From Pseudomonadota bacterium (GTDB taxonomy: Bacteria; Desulfobacterota; Desulfobacteria; Desulfobacterales; JBDRRP01): 46,612 bases of DNA. This document shows, piece after piece, positions 1 to 10,945 of this stretch. A program made the position numbers and the translations under genes. A model generated the notes under the pieces. The model saw only the letters and a program-made list of their open reading frames with translations. It was not told the DNA's origin and did not search any database. Every line of letters begins with the position of its first letter. The first letter of the stretch is position 1. The stretch covers positions 62,001 to 108,612 of the forward strand of contig JBDRRP010000152.1 in NCBI GenBank assembly GCA_043825735.1, written 5' to 3'.

Positions 1-3000
1 ATTTTGCGCTCGTACATACCGGGCCCCACCAGCAGCTCGGTGGTGAAATTCCCCTTGAATCCGGTGAACCCGACGATGAGCGACTGGCGCAGCACCTGAA
101 TTTTTTCGTGATGGGTGACTTCATGAATCAATGTTTCCAGATACGGCACCACCGCGTCCCCTTCGATGGTGGCGGTGAGCTGGTTGGCCATACCGCCCAG
201 CTCGGCTTCCTTTTCAACCAGCACGGTCTCATAGCCCTGGTTGGCGAGCCCCAGGGCGGCGTTCATACCGGCCACGCCGCCACCGATCACCAGCGCCCGC
301 TTGATGACCGGGATTTTTTCCTCATGAAGGGGGTAGAGCGTGGCGACTCTGGCCACCGCCCCCTTGATCAGGTTTTTGGCCTTGCTGGTGGCTGCATCCG
401 GCTGGCTGGAGTGGGCCCAGGAATCCTGGTTTCGGATATTGGCCATTTCAAAGAGATACTTGTTGAGCCCGCAGCTCTCCAGGGTGTCCATGAAAATGGG
501 CTCATGGGTCTTGGGGGTGCAGGCCGCCACCACGATGCGGTTGAGATTGTGCTCCTTGATCAGCGCCTTCATCTGGTCCTGGGCATCCTGGGAGCAGGTG
601 AAAAGGTTCTGCCGGGAAAAGACGACACCGGGAAGCTTTAGGGCGTAATCTTCCACGGACTTGCAGTCCACGGTGCCGGCGATATTGATGCCGCAGTTGC
701 ACACGAAGACGCCCACCCGCGGTTCCACGCCGGAGACGTTGATCTCCTCGGGTCTTTCCACCTTTTGACTCAGGGTGTTGCGCGCAGCGCTGAGCCGTCC
801 GCCGGCCAGGCAGGCCGCGGCACTGGCCTCCATGACCGAAAAGGGGATGTCCTTTGGTCCCTGGAAGACGCCGCAGGCGTAAACGCCCGGACGGCTCGTC
901 TCCACCGGCATGAACGTCTTCGATTCGGCAAAATTGTAGTGGTTGGTTTTGATCTCGAGGCGCTCTGCCAGCGCTTTCACCGATGCCGGTATCTGCAACC
1001 CCACCGAAAGCACCACCATGTCGAAGATCTCCTCCTGCATGGTGCCGGAGGCATCGGCATAGCGGATGGCCAAGTCGTCTGAGCCGTGAATGGGGTCGAT
1101 GGTGTGGACCCTGGCCTTCACGAACCGGACCCCTTCCTTGTCTTTGGCGCGGTTGTAGTAGCGCTCGTAGTCTTTGCCGAAGGAGCGGATGTCCATGTAG
1201 AACACCGCACAGTCCAGGTCGTAATCGGCATGCTCCTTGGCGATCATGGACTCCTTGATGGCATACATGCAGCATACCGAGGAGCAGTAGCCGTTGCCGC
1301 ATTTGTTCTGGTCGCGGCTGCCCACACACTGAAGCCAGGCGATCTTGCGGGGTTCCTTTTTGTCGGAGGGCCGCACCAAATGCCCCATGGTCGGTCCCGA
1401 AGCACTCAGAATCCGCTCAAACTCCAGGCTGGTGACCACGTTCGGGTGGCTGTTGTACTTGTAGATGAGTTCCATGGAACCGGGGTCGAAGGGCTCGCTG
1501 CCCGGGCATAGCACCACCGAGCCCACCGAGAGTTCCTTTTCGCTGGCTTGCTGGGAGTGATCCACCGCATGGGCCAGGCAGGCGTCCACACACTGCAGAC
1601 ACTCGCAGCAGTAGCCGCAGTTCAGACACCGGCCGGCCTCGGCCTTTCCTTCGGTTTCGTTGTAGCCAAGCTCCACTTCATCGAAATTGCCAGTACGCGC
1701 GGCCACGGCCAACTCGGGCATCCGGGCCCTTGCCGCTGTCGGCATGTCTTTAGGAATGGGGCAGTATTCATAATCGTCCTTTTTGATGGCTTCGCGCCCT
1801 TCGGCCATATCCCGGCCGTCCAGGTAGCGTACGATGGATTCAGCCGCCTCCTTTCCAGCGGCAATGGCGCCGATAGCGACCCAGGGGCCGGTCTGAAGAT
1901 CGCCACCGGCGAACACGCCCTCACGGCCCGTGGCAAAGGTGACCGGATTCACTTCGGTGGTCCCCCACCGGGTGAACTCGAGACCGGCCACCTCCTCCAG
2001 CGCGGAAAGATCCGGTCGCTGTCCGATGGCCGGGATCACCATGTCCACGTCCATATCGTATTCGCTGCCGGGAATGGGCACCGGCCGCCGGCGTCCGGAG
2101 GAATCCGGCTCGGTCAGTTCCATCCGAATGCAGCGAAGCCCCGTCACCCTTCCGTCGCCGGTGAGAATCTCCTGAGGGGCGGCCAGATAGGTAATCCGCG
2201 CGCCTTCCACCTCTGCAGCGTGAATTTCTTCCTCCCACGCCGGCATTTCCGTACGCGTACGTCGGTATACGATCTGCACGTCTTCGGCACCGAGCCGCAG
2301 GGCGGAGCGGGCCACATCGATGGCCACGTTGCCGCCGCCGATGATGGCCACCCGCTTGCCGACGGCCGCGGTGCCCGTGAGATTGACTTCCTGCAGAAAA
2401 CCGACTCCCTGGCGCACGCCACCGGATTTTTCCCCGGGGATGCCCAGTTCGATCCCCTTGTGCGCGCCCATCGCAAGATAGACGGCCTTGTACCCGTCCT
2501 CAAAAAGCGTGTCCACGCTGAGATCCGGCCCCAGCGGGGTATTGAGCCGCAAGTCCACGCCCATGTTGGTGATCAGCTCGATTTCCTTGTCCAGCACCGC
2601 CGGTGGCAGCCGGTGATCCGGAATGCCGACACGAAGCATACCGCCGGCGACCGGCAGCGCTTCGAAGATGGTGGACAGGATGCCTTTTCGGGCCAGATGA
2701 TAGGCCGCCGAGAGACCGGCCGGCCCGCTGCCCACGATGGCCACTGTCTCCGGACGCGCCGGATCTCGGGGAATCACGATTTCCCGCGGGTCGAATTGGT
2801 CTGCCGCCAGGCGTTTCAGGTCCCGAATGGCCACGGGCGCGTCCACCTCGCACCGCCGGCAGGCGTCCTCGCAGCCGTGGGGACAGATGCGCCCCAGCAC
2901 GCCCGGCAGTGGCAGATCTTCCATGATGATCTGCAGGGCTTCCTTGTATTTGCCCATCTTGACCATCTGCACGTAGCCCTGCACGTTCAGTCCTGCCGGG

Positions 3001-3497
3001 CAGGCGAGACGGCACGGGGCCTTGTCCGCCTTCTGAATGGCAAAGGCTCCTGGGATCGCCTGGGGGTATTTCTTGAAGGTGGCCTTCCGCGTGGACAGGT
3101 TCTCATCATATCCGTTGGGCAGATCCACCGGGCAGACCTTGGCGCAATCGCCGCAGCTGGTGCACTTGGAAAGATCGATAAAGCGGGGCTGCTGCCGGAT
3201 CCGGGCAGAAAAATGCCCAGGGGTGCCGCTGAGATCAATCAGTTCGGTATTGGTCAGTAACTCGATGTTCAGGTGCCGGCCGACCTCGACCAGTTTCGGT
3301 GAGATCACTCACATGGCACAGTCGTTGGTTGGAAATGTCTTATCGAGCTGGCTCATCATGCCGCCGATAGCGGCCGATGGCTCCACGAGATAGACATAAT
3401 AGCCGGAATTGGCCAGATCCAGTGCCGATTGCATTCCCGCAATTCCGCCGCCCACGACCATAACGGAACCGACGGGCGCCGTGCCGCTCGTCTCCAT
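1..3497 (-). CDS. hdrL: HdrL-type large HdrA-family flavoprotein (HdrA module with inserted GltD/NfnB-like NAD(P)H-binding domain); selenoprotein; 3' end outside window
   Basis: ATG at 3497 after GGGAG. N-terminus reads [18 protein letters not shown]...[12 protein letters not shown], then in-frame TGA at 3309-3311, then [16 protein letters not shown]. The frame stays open to the window edge (no stop-terminated ORF in this frame in the track). It contains [39 protein letters not shown] and [14 protein letters not shown] (GltD-like insert), then [13 protein letters not shown] and [12 protein letters not shown] (HdrA). Confidence 0.9.
3276..3293 (-). promoter_or_regulatory. Bacterial SECIS hairpin for Sec codon 3309-3311
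   Basis: CUGGUCG-AGGU-CGGCCGG starts 15 nt after the UGA and is identical in all three hdrA-family genes. Confidence 0.8.
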
Positions 3498-3532
3498 GAA
3501 CTTGCTCCCTTGTTGTGTCTGTGGCATCGTTT

Positions 3533-4408
3533 TCACCTCTGCACGCGTTCTAGAATATCTGCCAACCGGTTTTCCCAGCCAAGGGTCGCCAGCATGACGC
3601 CGGGATATCCGGCCCGCTTGATGCTGGTGATCACTTCAGCGGTGATCTGTATGCATTCACGCACCTTGTCGCCGGCGCCCTGAATCCGTTCGATAAAGCG
3701 CTCGGGGATGCGAATGTGGCTCATGTTGCGGGCCATGTAGCGTGCCATGCCCAAAGATTTGAGCAGCAGCACCGTGGGGATGATGGCGGGCTGTGAGGCT
3801 TTCAGCTTCATCATATAGGGTTCCATGGCCGAGACGTCGAACAGGGGCGGTGTGATGAAAAAGCTGGCGCCGGCGGCCATTTTCTGATTCAGCGCCTCGA
3901 TTTCCAACTCAGGCGATTTGCCCACGGCGCCGAATTGGCAGGTGGATCCCACCAGGAAACTGGGCGCGCCACTCAGCTCGATACCCGCCATGTCCTTGCC
4001 CTGCTTGAGACCGGCGATGACCTTCAACAGTTCGGGCAGATCGATGTCATTGACCGTCCGGGCCTGATGGTGATCACCGTAGCTGGTATCTTCGCCGGTA
4101 ACGGCCATGACGTTTTCCACCCCGCAAGCGCCGGCCGCCAGCAGATCGGCCTGAAGCGCCAGGCGGTTGCGGTCCCGGCAGTTGACCTGCATCACGGTGG
4201 GCATGCCCTTGGACTGGAGGATCATCGCCCCGCCCAGGGCACTCATGCGCATGACCGCGTTGCTCATTTCCGGAACAATGAACGCATCCACCATGCCCTT
4301 GACCCGTGTGGCATTGTTGACCATGGCGGAAACATCCACCCCTTTGGGCGGCTCCATCTCAGCCAAAACCACAAAATCACCGGCATCCAATTTAGTATTC
4401 AGTGGCAT
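3533..4408 (-). CDS. Divergent MetF-like (methylenetetrahydrofolate reductase family) flavoprotein
   Basis: [28 protein letters not shown] and GDHHQA motifs align with the metF at 22248-23201. The canonical GD and TQ motifs read GED and TPP here. Confidence 0.85.
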   Translation of the reverse strand: MPLNTKLDAGDFVVLAEMEPPKGVDVSAMVNNATRVKGMVDAFIVPEMSNAVMRMSALGGAMILQSKGMPTVMQVNCRDRNRLALQADLLAAGACGVENVMAVTGEDTSYGDHHQARTVNDIDLPELLKVIAGLKQGKDMAGIELSGAPSFLVGSTCQFGAVGKSPELEIEALNQKMAAGASFFITPPLFDVSAMEPYMMKLKASQPAIIPTVLLLKSLGMARYMARNMSHIRIPERFIERIQGAGDKVRECIQITAEVITSIKRAGYPGVMLATLGWENRLADILERVQR

Positions 4409-4555
4409 CGGGATTCCTTTTCTGGCTTTTTGTTATTGTCAGTCCGATCTCGGGCAACGACACGCCTACCACGACACCGCCCCGCAAACGAAAGGGATTT
4501 CCTGCGTCAATAATCATGGGGCGAATAAGTACTCAGGTTGGTCGTCGGTTTAGAG

Positions 4556-4571
4556 AGCAATCCCTATGCCA
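4556..4571 (-). promoter_or_regulatory. Sigma54 (-24/-12) promoter for the metF-like/hdrL operon
   Basis: TGGCATAGGGATTGCT on the minus strand has exact GG-N10-GC spacing. There is an IHF-like AAACAATCGGTTA at 4600-4612 and an adjacent divergent sigma54 activator. Confidence 0.8.
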
Positions 4572-4685
4572 TAGCTCTGATATTCGCGGCTACAGATCAT
4601 AACCGATTGTTTTTATTTTATTTTCAATAGATGCGCCAAGAAATGACATAGTCGGTTAAAAGGTCTAGGACGGCATGGACAACTA

Positions 4686-4759
4686 TTCCAAAATGGACTA
4701 TACAGACAATTAGTCAGGAAATTTCAGAAGGTTATGAGGCTTCGTGCCATTTTGGGACA
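4686..4759. promoter_or_regulatory. Candidate enhancer (UAS) sites for an NtrC-family activator
   Basis: Two inversely oriented CCAAAATGG-containing boxes (4686-4698 ttccaaaatggac; 4744-4759 gtgccattttgggaca) lie upstream of the sigma54 promoter. Confidence 0.45.
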
Positions 4760-4856
4760 GGCCATTCCGGCATAGCTGTCTCCTCAATGGCGTGTTCGCG
4801 GACGCGTTACCGTTCAGGCTGGTAATAAACAGGGCGCCGGTGGTGAGAAAATAACG

Positions 4857-6239
4857 ATGAATAGCCGCATTATAGTGGTCGATGACGACCGGGATTTTCT
4901 TGAAGTACTGGGAAGGAAACTGACCGCCTTCGGTTATCGGAACATCAGGCTTGAGGATGATCCGTTGAAGGTGTCGGCAGACACGGAAAACGGCGTATTC
5001 TTCGATCTGGCCCTTATCGACATGACCATGCCGGAAATGGACGGCATCGCACTGCTCGATCAGATCAAAAACGCCAGCCCGGGGACTGAATGCATCATGG
5101 TCACCGCCGTAAACCAGGCACGCGTGGCTGTTGAATGCATCCAGAAAGGCGCTTACGATTATCTGCTCAAACCGGTGGCCAACGACAAACTCGCGCTCAC
5201 CCTCCGGCGGGCCCTCGAACGCAAACGCCTTTTGGACATTCTCAACCTGGACAAACCCGGTATCCTGCCGGCGCTGTCCAACCCTGAACCGTTCAGACCC
5301 TTTGTCACCCGCTCACCGGTGGTTGCAAGATTGCTCCGGGAGGCGGAACTGCATGCCCAGAGCGATGTCCCGGTACTCATTACCGGCGAAAGCGGCACGG
5401 GCAAGGAATTGCTGGCCCGGGCCATCCACGGCGCCAGCCCGCGCACCGGACAGCCCTTTACCCCCATCAACATGGCCTCGGTAACCGGCAGCCTCTTCGA
5501 AGGGGAGTTCTTCGGTCACATCAAAGGTGCCTTCACCGGTGCCGAGCAAAACCGCATGGGCTATCTGGAGCATACCCACCGGGGCACCCTGTTTCTAGAC
5601 GAAATCAGTGATCTGCCCCTGGAGCTGCAGGGCAAACTGCTGCGGGTGCTCCAGGACGGCGAGTTCACCAAACTCGGCAGCACCACTCCTCACCGGGTGG
5701 ACATCCGCCTCATCGCAGCCACCAATGAGGACTTGAGCCAGATGATGGCCCAGAAAAAATTCCGAAAGGACCTTTACTACCGTATTCGTGGCGGGTGGCT
5801 GCACCTGCCGCCGCTGCGGACCCGGGAAGGGGACGTCCCGGTGCTGGTTCAGCACTTCTTAAATAAGGAAGGACGGCGGCGGACCGGACCAGCCATCGAT
5901 GAAGCGGCCCTGCGGGTGCTGGCGGACTACGACTACCCCGGCAACGTCCGGGAACTCAAAACCATTCTTCAGACCGCCGTCAATCTGGCCCAGGGGGGAC
6001 CGGTGACGGTGGCCTGTCTGCCGCCGCAGGTCAAAACACGCGCGGCATCCCTGGCAAAAGATGCCTGCCGCTGCGCTCCCGAAGACGGCCCCATCCAACC
6101 ACTGGCCGCCATGGAAAAAAAACACATCCTCAAGACCTATCAGCACACCGGCCGAAACAAATCCAGCACGGCCCGGCTCCTGGGCATCGGCCTCAATACC
6201 TTGCGCCGCAAGCTGCAGTCCTATGGGGAAACCGATTAG
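4857..6239 (+). CDS. Sigma54-dependent NtrC-family response regulator (REC-AAA+-HTH)
   Basis: REC (VVDDD, LIDMTMPEMDG, KP), Walker A GESGTGKE, GAFTGA, LFLDEI, YPGNVREL and a C-terminal Fis-type HTH. Confidence 0.95.
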   Translation: MNSRIIVVDDDRDFLEVLGRKLTAFGYRNIRLEDDPLKVSADTENGVFFDLALIDMTMPEMDGIALLDQIKNASPGTECIMVTAVNQARVAVECIQKGAYDYLLKPVANDKLALTLRRALERKRLLDILNLDKPGILPALSNPEPFRPFVTRSPVVARLLREAELHAQSDVPVLITGESGTGKELLARAIHGASPRTGQPFTPINMASVTGSLFEGEFFGHIKGAFTGAEQNRMGYLEHTHRGTLFLDEISDLPLELQGKLLRVLQDGEFTKLGSTTPHRVDIRLIAATNEDLSQMMAQKKFRKDLYYRIRGGWLHLPPLRTREGDVPVLVQHFLNKEGRRRTGPAIDEAALRVLADYDYPGNVRELKTILQTAVNLAQGGPVTVACLPPQVKTRAASLAKDACRCAPEDGPIQPLAAMEKKHILKTYQHTGRNKSSTARLLGIGLNTLRRKLQSYGETD

Positions 6240-6380
6240 CGTCCATGAACCGGCGCCGGTAAAACCTGTCGCCGCGAAAAGAGCCTAATGAACTACCAAA
6301 AACGGGTGCTCAAGAAATCGCCGCGGCTGGCGATATGATCATCACTGCTTGGCAGTAATTCAAAAAAAAGGAGATCTTCC

Positions 6381-8141
6381 GTGAATGCCCTTTGGCTCTG
6401 CCTGCTGGCCCTGGTGTGGTTCGTGATCGGTTATCACCTCTACGGACGGTTCATCGAAAGGACCCTGGTCAAACCCGACGACGCTCACGTCACCCCTGCC
6501 CACGCCATGAACGACGGTGTGGACTTCGTGGTGGGCCGGCGGATCTACCTCTGGGGCAACCACTTTGCATCCATCGCCGGGGCCGGGCCCATCATCGGTC
6601 CCATTGTGGCGGTGTCCGTGTTCGGATGGGGGCCTGTATTCGCGTGGGTGCTGGTGGGGGCGCTGTTCATGGGGGCCGTCCACGACTACCTGTCGCTGAT
6701 GATTTCGGCGCGGCACCGCGGCGCGGGTATCGCCGAACTGGCCGAGTCGCTGCTGGGAAGAACGGTAAGAATGGTGTTCGCGCTGCTGCTTTACATCGTG
6801 CTGGTGCTGCTCATCGCGGTGTTCATGGTCAGCGTGGCCCAGGCCTTCATCAACATGCCGGCCCTGGTGGTGCCCACCCTGGGGCTCATTGGCATCGCAG
6901 TAGTGATGGGCCTCGCCATGGAGCGATGGCACGTTCCCGAGGTGCCGGCGGCCACCGCGGCGGTGGCCGCGGCCTATTTTCTGATCTGGGTGGGCTACCA
7001 TCTGCCGGTTTCACTGCCGTCTTTCTGGGGAGACACGGTGGTGCTGGCCGCATGGTGCCTGGTGCTCACCGCTTACTGTTTGTCTGCGTCCATAGCGCCC
7101 ATGTGGCTACTGCTCCGGCCGCGGGATTTCATCTCGTCGGTGAAACTGGTGGTGGGCATGCTGTTGGGGCTCGCGGCCATCGCGGTGGTACAGCCCACGA
7201 TGTCCGCGCCAATAACGTCCGGCGGCTTCGTCTCCCATGGGAAACCCCTGTGGCCCATCCTGTTCATCCTGGTGGCGTGCGGCGCCATCAGCGGGTTTCA
7301 CGCCATCGTCTCCACCGGCACCACTGCCCGACAGCTTGACCGGGAGTCCGACGGCCGCCCCATCGCCTTCGGCGGCATGCTCACGGAAGGGTTGCTGGCG
7401 GTGGTGGTGATCGTGGTGGTGTCCGGCGGGCTCACCTGGGGGGCGGCGCCCGTCGGCGTGACCGGCGCAGCGGCCAATCTGTATTTCGCCACGGCCTTGA
7501 AACACAGCTGGATCGTTGCCTTCGGCAGCGGTTTCGGACACCTGGTTGGAGAGATGGGCATTCCGCTGCTCACATCCAGCCTGGCGGCGCTTCTGGGGGC
7601 GGTGATGGTTAAATCCTTCATTCTCACCACTCTGGACGCCGGCACCCGGCTGGCGCGGTTTCTGGTGGTGGAAACCCTGGGCGAAAAGGTCCCCGTGCTC
7701 AGAGGCCACCTGGCAGCCAGCCTGGTGGTGGTGCTTCCCGCGCTGGTCATCGCAGTGACCAACACCTACCATGAAGTGTGGAAGCTTTTCGGCGCGGCCA
7801 ACCAGCTCATCGCGTCTGTGGCCCTGGTGACGATCAGCGCATACCTGGCCCACGACCGGCTCCCCAAACGATACACCCTGATCCCGGCGGTGTTCATGCT
7901 GGCCACCACCGTGGGCGCCCTGCTATGGGAAAGTTTTGGCGGCGCCACGGGTTACCTCACGTCCGCCACCCCCGACTGGCCGCTGGGCATCCTCGCTTGT
8001 GTGCTGGTAGTACTGGCCGCCGTCATCGTGGCCGGAGGTGTGAAAGCGCTGGCCCGGGAGGGCGGATGGAAGCCCTCTTTTCACTGGAAATCCAGAACCA
8101 AGACAGCCGAACGCCTCGGGGATCACCGACTGAGCATGTAG
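6381..8141 (+). CDS. cstA: Carbon starvation protein A family transporter
   Basis: TPAHAMNDGVDF, HFASIAGAGPIIGP, GAVHDY, ACGAISGFH, GGMLTEG, TTLDAGTRLARF and FGAANQLIA. GTG start after GGAG. Confidence 0.93.
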   Translation: MNALWLCLLALVWFVIGYHLYGRFIERTLVKPDDAHVTPAHAMNDGVDFVVGRRIYLWGNHFASIAGAGPIIGPIVAVSVFGWGPVFAWVLVGALFMGAVHDYLSLMISARHRGAGIAELAESLLGRTVRMVFALLLYIVLVLLIAVFMVSVAQAFINMPALVVPTLGLIGIAVVMGLAMERWHVPEVPAATAAVAAAYFLIWVGYHLPVSLPSFWGDTVVLAAWCLVLTAYCLSASIAPMWLLLRPRDFISSVKLVVGMLLGLAAIAVVQPTMSAPITSGGFVSHGKPLWPILFILVACGAISGFHAIVSTGTTARQLDRESDGRPIAFGGMLTEGLLAVVVIVVVSGGLTWGAAPVGVTGAAANLYFATALKHSWIVAFGSGFGHLVGEMGIPLLTSSLAALLGAVMVKSFILTTLDAGTRLARFLVVETLGEKVPVLRGHLAASLVVVLPALVIAVTNTYHEVWKLFGAANQLIASVALVTISAYLAHDRLPKRYTLIPAVFMLATTVGALLWESFGGATGYLTSATPDWPLGILACVLVVLAAVIVAGGVKALAREGGWKPSFHWKSRTKTAERLGDHRLSM

Positions 8142-8846
8142 CGGGATGCCCGTCCTTGACGACACGCACATTGAATGTTCTAGGCGCCCATCCATCCAGA
8201 AGAAATGCATTGTTTGTGGTGTATCTCGTCCCCTTTTTTCATTTTGGGAGCGTCGCCATGAAATGGGATGGCTACGAAGGGCACTCTGCGCGGCCCAATA
8301 ATCGCGAAAGGGCTCAAGAGTGGGTTGTTATTCGGTCTCACTTGATATGGCTATGTAATAACGTGCTTTATTTCCATGGCAGCCGATCTGGAGCACGTTT
8401 GGTTGCACTGGAGGCCAGGACGGTTCCCCGAGGCGCTATCGCCTGTCTCGGCAAACAGGAGTTTTCCCGCTGGTATCAATTTCGTATGATACTAAAGCAA
8501 TCGCCGACTTTTGCCGAAAACACCACTTCACGCGGTTTGCGTTTTTCGGATCGTCCTCAGCACTAAAAGCAGGCCGAACCCGCTGGCTGCCTGCGACATC
8601 ACTCTTGAATGTCCCTTTGTGAATATGATAGGGCATTCGTGTACATGTAGCATCTTTGGGAAAAATGATGGTTCCCATGATTCACGACTTTGAGGCCCCT
8701 TATTATCAACAATCAAGGTGCTCCAATCGTTGGTCCTAATTTTAAGTATCACGATCCTAAATGAAGCTCCAGTGAGGTCGTCGTATGACCGTATCTGTCA
8801 CCAGGCAGTGTTATGACAGTCTCAACACCAACCAACGGAGGCTGCC

Positions 8847-9865
8847 ATGACCGAGTTCACGGTCATCGAGGACTTCCCCGAATCTGAGATTGAGTTTCAT
8901 GCACGATTTTCAGACCCGAAGTCCTGCTACGATTTACTGTTTCAACATAAATGGCCTGAAGGCTTTGCCTGCAAAATGTGCAGTCAGCAAGGTTGACAGC
9001 CCCGTAAAAAGTCCATTTTTATGCATTTTTTAGTAGCTAACCTATTGATATTACAGGACTCGAATTTCCAATTATCGACTTTTTACGGACTCATCAAGTT
9101 TACTGGCTGAGCAAACGGAATTTGTACATTTGCACCGAATGCGAGCATCAGCATTCACTGACCACCGGAAGCATCATGGATAGCTCCAATTCGCCGATTA
9201 CTCTCCGGTTCAAGGCTATGTGGTGGTTCACCACCAGAAAATCAGGCATCAATGCCGTGAATCTCAAAGAACTAATGGGCTTTGGCAGCTAGGACACTGC
9301 GTGGACCTGGCTCCAGAAGCTCAGAAGTTGCACCATACGAGACGATCGCGGAAAACTTTCTGGGCTCATTTAAGTCGATGAGTTTTTCATCGGCGTACAA
9401 CACTCAGGCAAGCGAGGCCGCGGGGCTGAAGGAAAGGCCATTGTCACGGTTTCTGTGGAAAGATGAAACGAGAAAAAACGAATGATCGCATTCGCCTTCT
9501 TGTTGCACTTGATTGAACAGCTTACTCATTAGAGACTTAAATCCCCGACAACATTGAGCCCGGGGCTAAAATCGCTACGGATCCATGGCAAAGCTATAAC
9601 GTCCTTGACAAAGAGCAGTTCCAACACGAGCAAATGAATCAACTCAAAAACCACGGCAGCGGCAAACTATATAGTGTTCACTTGATAACGACCCTAATAA
9701 GGCGTCTCATCATTGGCACCTAACAGGGTCGGTTTAAACCAAAGTATCTTCAGAACTACCTCGATGAGATTGTCTTACGGTTCAATCGCCGGAAATCAAA
9801 TAACATCGGGAAAAAATTGATGCGCACCGTTCAGCAGGCAACACGTTCTTGCAAGATTCCCTAAG
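8847..9865 (+). pseudogene. IS1595-family (ISXO2-like) transposase pseudogene
   Basis: GGAGG then ATG at 8847. Fragments read KWPEGFACKMC...YICTEC (Zn ribbon), TAWTWLQKLR, VDEFFIG, IATD and KYLQNYLDEIVLRFNRR. It carries an internal insertion, in-frame stops and frameshifts; the 3' end is approximate. Confidence 0.85.
8994..9096. mobile_element. MITE-like non-autonomous element inserted in the transposase
   Basis: Ends tgacagccccgtaaaaagtc / gactttttacggactcatca are inverted repeats. Removing 8994-9100 restores the transposase frame (QQG-YWLS). Flanks aggt/agtt resemble a 4-bp duplication with one mismatch. Confidence 0.75.
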
Positions 9866-9955
9866 ATGCAACCACATGGGATATAGGCCCCATCTTAGAA
9901 TATTTTTTTACAACTGGAGCTTCGTAGAGAAGCGTATTAAGATTTAGGTGTATGA

Positions 9956-10945
9956 ATGGCTAGAGCGGACATTTTATTGAGTATAGTTAAATCCGCGATT
10001 GGCAATGACAGCCTGTCTCTTCGAAAAGCTGTTGAAGCGATGGCAGCTGATGAACGCTCGAAAAACCATCGTATCCTGGCCAATCGTCTTGAAGAACTTC
10101 TCGCGGGACAGGCCAATCAGATCAACAGAACCACCCCCTTCATCCAAAATGGCGCAAGAGACCTGGTATTCGAAACGACACCCGAAAAGCGATTTTCGGA
10201 TCTTATACTTGAGCAGGGTGTATTGGACCTATGCAGTGAGTTGATCGAGGAACATCATCGAGCCGATCTGCTTGGATCATATGGCCTCGAACCACGCCAC
10301 CGACTGCTATTTGTCGGCCCGCCAGGAAATGGGAAAACGACTTTGGCTGAGGCGGTCGCGTCTGAATTGATGTACCCCTTTATAGTAGTTCGTTACGAAA
10401 ACATTATTGGCAGTTATTTGGGCGAAACAGCGTCCAGGCTGCAAAAGGTATTCGATGTGGCCCGGTCGAGAAAGTGTGTCATTTTTTTGGATGAATTCGA
10501 GACATTGGGTAAGGAGCGAGGGGACACGAGAGAAACTGGAGAGATCAAGCGTGTCGTTAGTTCCCTGTTACTTCAGATAGACCGCTTACCATCTCATACG
10601 GTTGTCATCACCGCCAGTAACCACCCTGAATTGCTCGACAGGGCCGTTTGGCGTAGATTTCAGATTAAAGTAAGATTATCGCCGCCCACAAGAGAACAAT
10701 GTATTCTGTTTATCAAGAAATTCGAACAACGGGCAGGCTTCAGCTTCGATACATCTCCCAAAACTCTGGCTGATAAATTAGTCGGTATAAGTTTTTCCGA
10801 AATAGAGGAATTCTGTATTGACGTGTTGCGACGCTGCATCCTGAGCCATGCACAGGACAATCCGCATGAGATCATCAAAAGCCGGATAAAGAACCTTGAA
10901 AGTAGGTACATACTTGGCAAGCAAGAGGCTGAAAATGCCGGATAA
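9956..10945 (+). CDS. ietA: AAA ATPase, IetA-like
   Basis: GPPGNGKT, IGSYLGETASRL, IFLDEFETLGKERGDTRETGEIKRVVSSLL and LDRAVWRRF. It overlaps the downstream S8 protease gene. Confidence 0.85.
   Translation: MARADILLSIVKSAIGNDSLSLRKAVEAMAADERSKNHRILANRLEELLAGQANQINRTTPFIQNGARDLVFETTPEKRFSDLILEQGVLDLCSELIEEHHRADLLGSYGLEPRHRLLFVGPPGNGKTTLAEAVASELMYPFIVVRYENIIGSYLGETASRLQKVFDVARSRKCVIFLDEFETLGKERGDTRETGEIKRVVSSLLLQIDRLPSHTVVITASNHPELLDRAVWRRFQIKVRLSPPTREQCILFIKKFEQRAGFSFDTSPKTLADKLVGISFSEIEEFCIDVLRRCILSHAQDNPHEIIKSRIKNLESRYILGKQEAENAG

Larger units (their letters stand above)
8752..9934 (+). mobile_element. Decayed IS1595-family insertion sequence
   Basis: Imperfect 22-bp terminal inverted repeats at 8752-8773 and 9913-9934 share the core GAAGCTCCAGT and enclose transposase fragments. 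No target-site duplication seen. Confidence 0.8.

Noticed and set aside
1548..3260. 570-aa plus-strand ORF, and others such as 108-641 and 1086-1511
   Set aside because: These are antisense shadows of the GC-rich hdrL gene and show no recognisable motifs.
7778..8752. ORFs after cstA (7778-8566, 8436-8678, 8528-8752)
   Set aside because: They overlap cstA or lack an RBS and motifs. They may be decayed sequence, but I cannot identify it.
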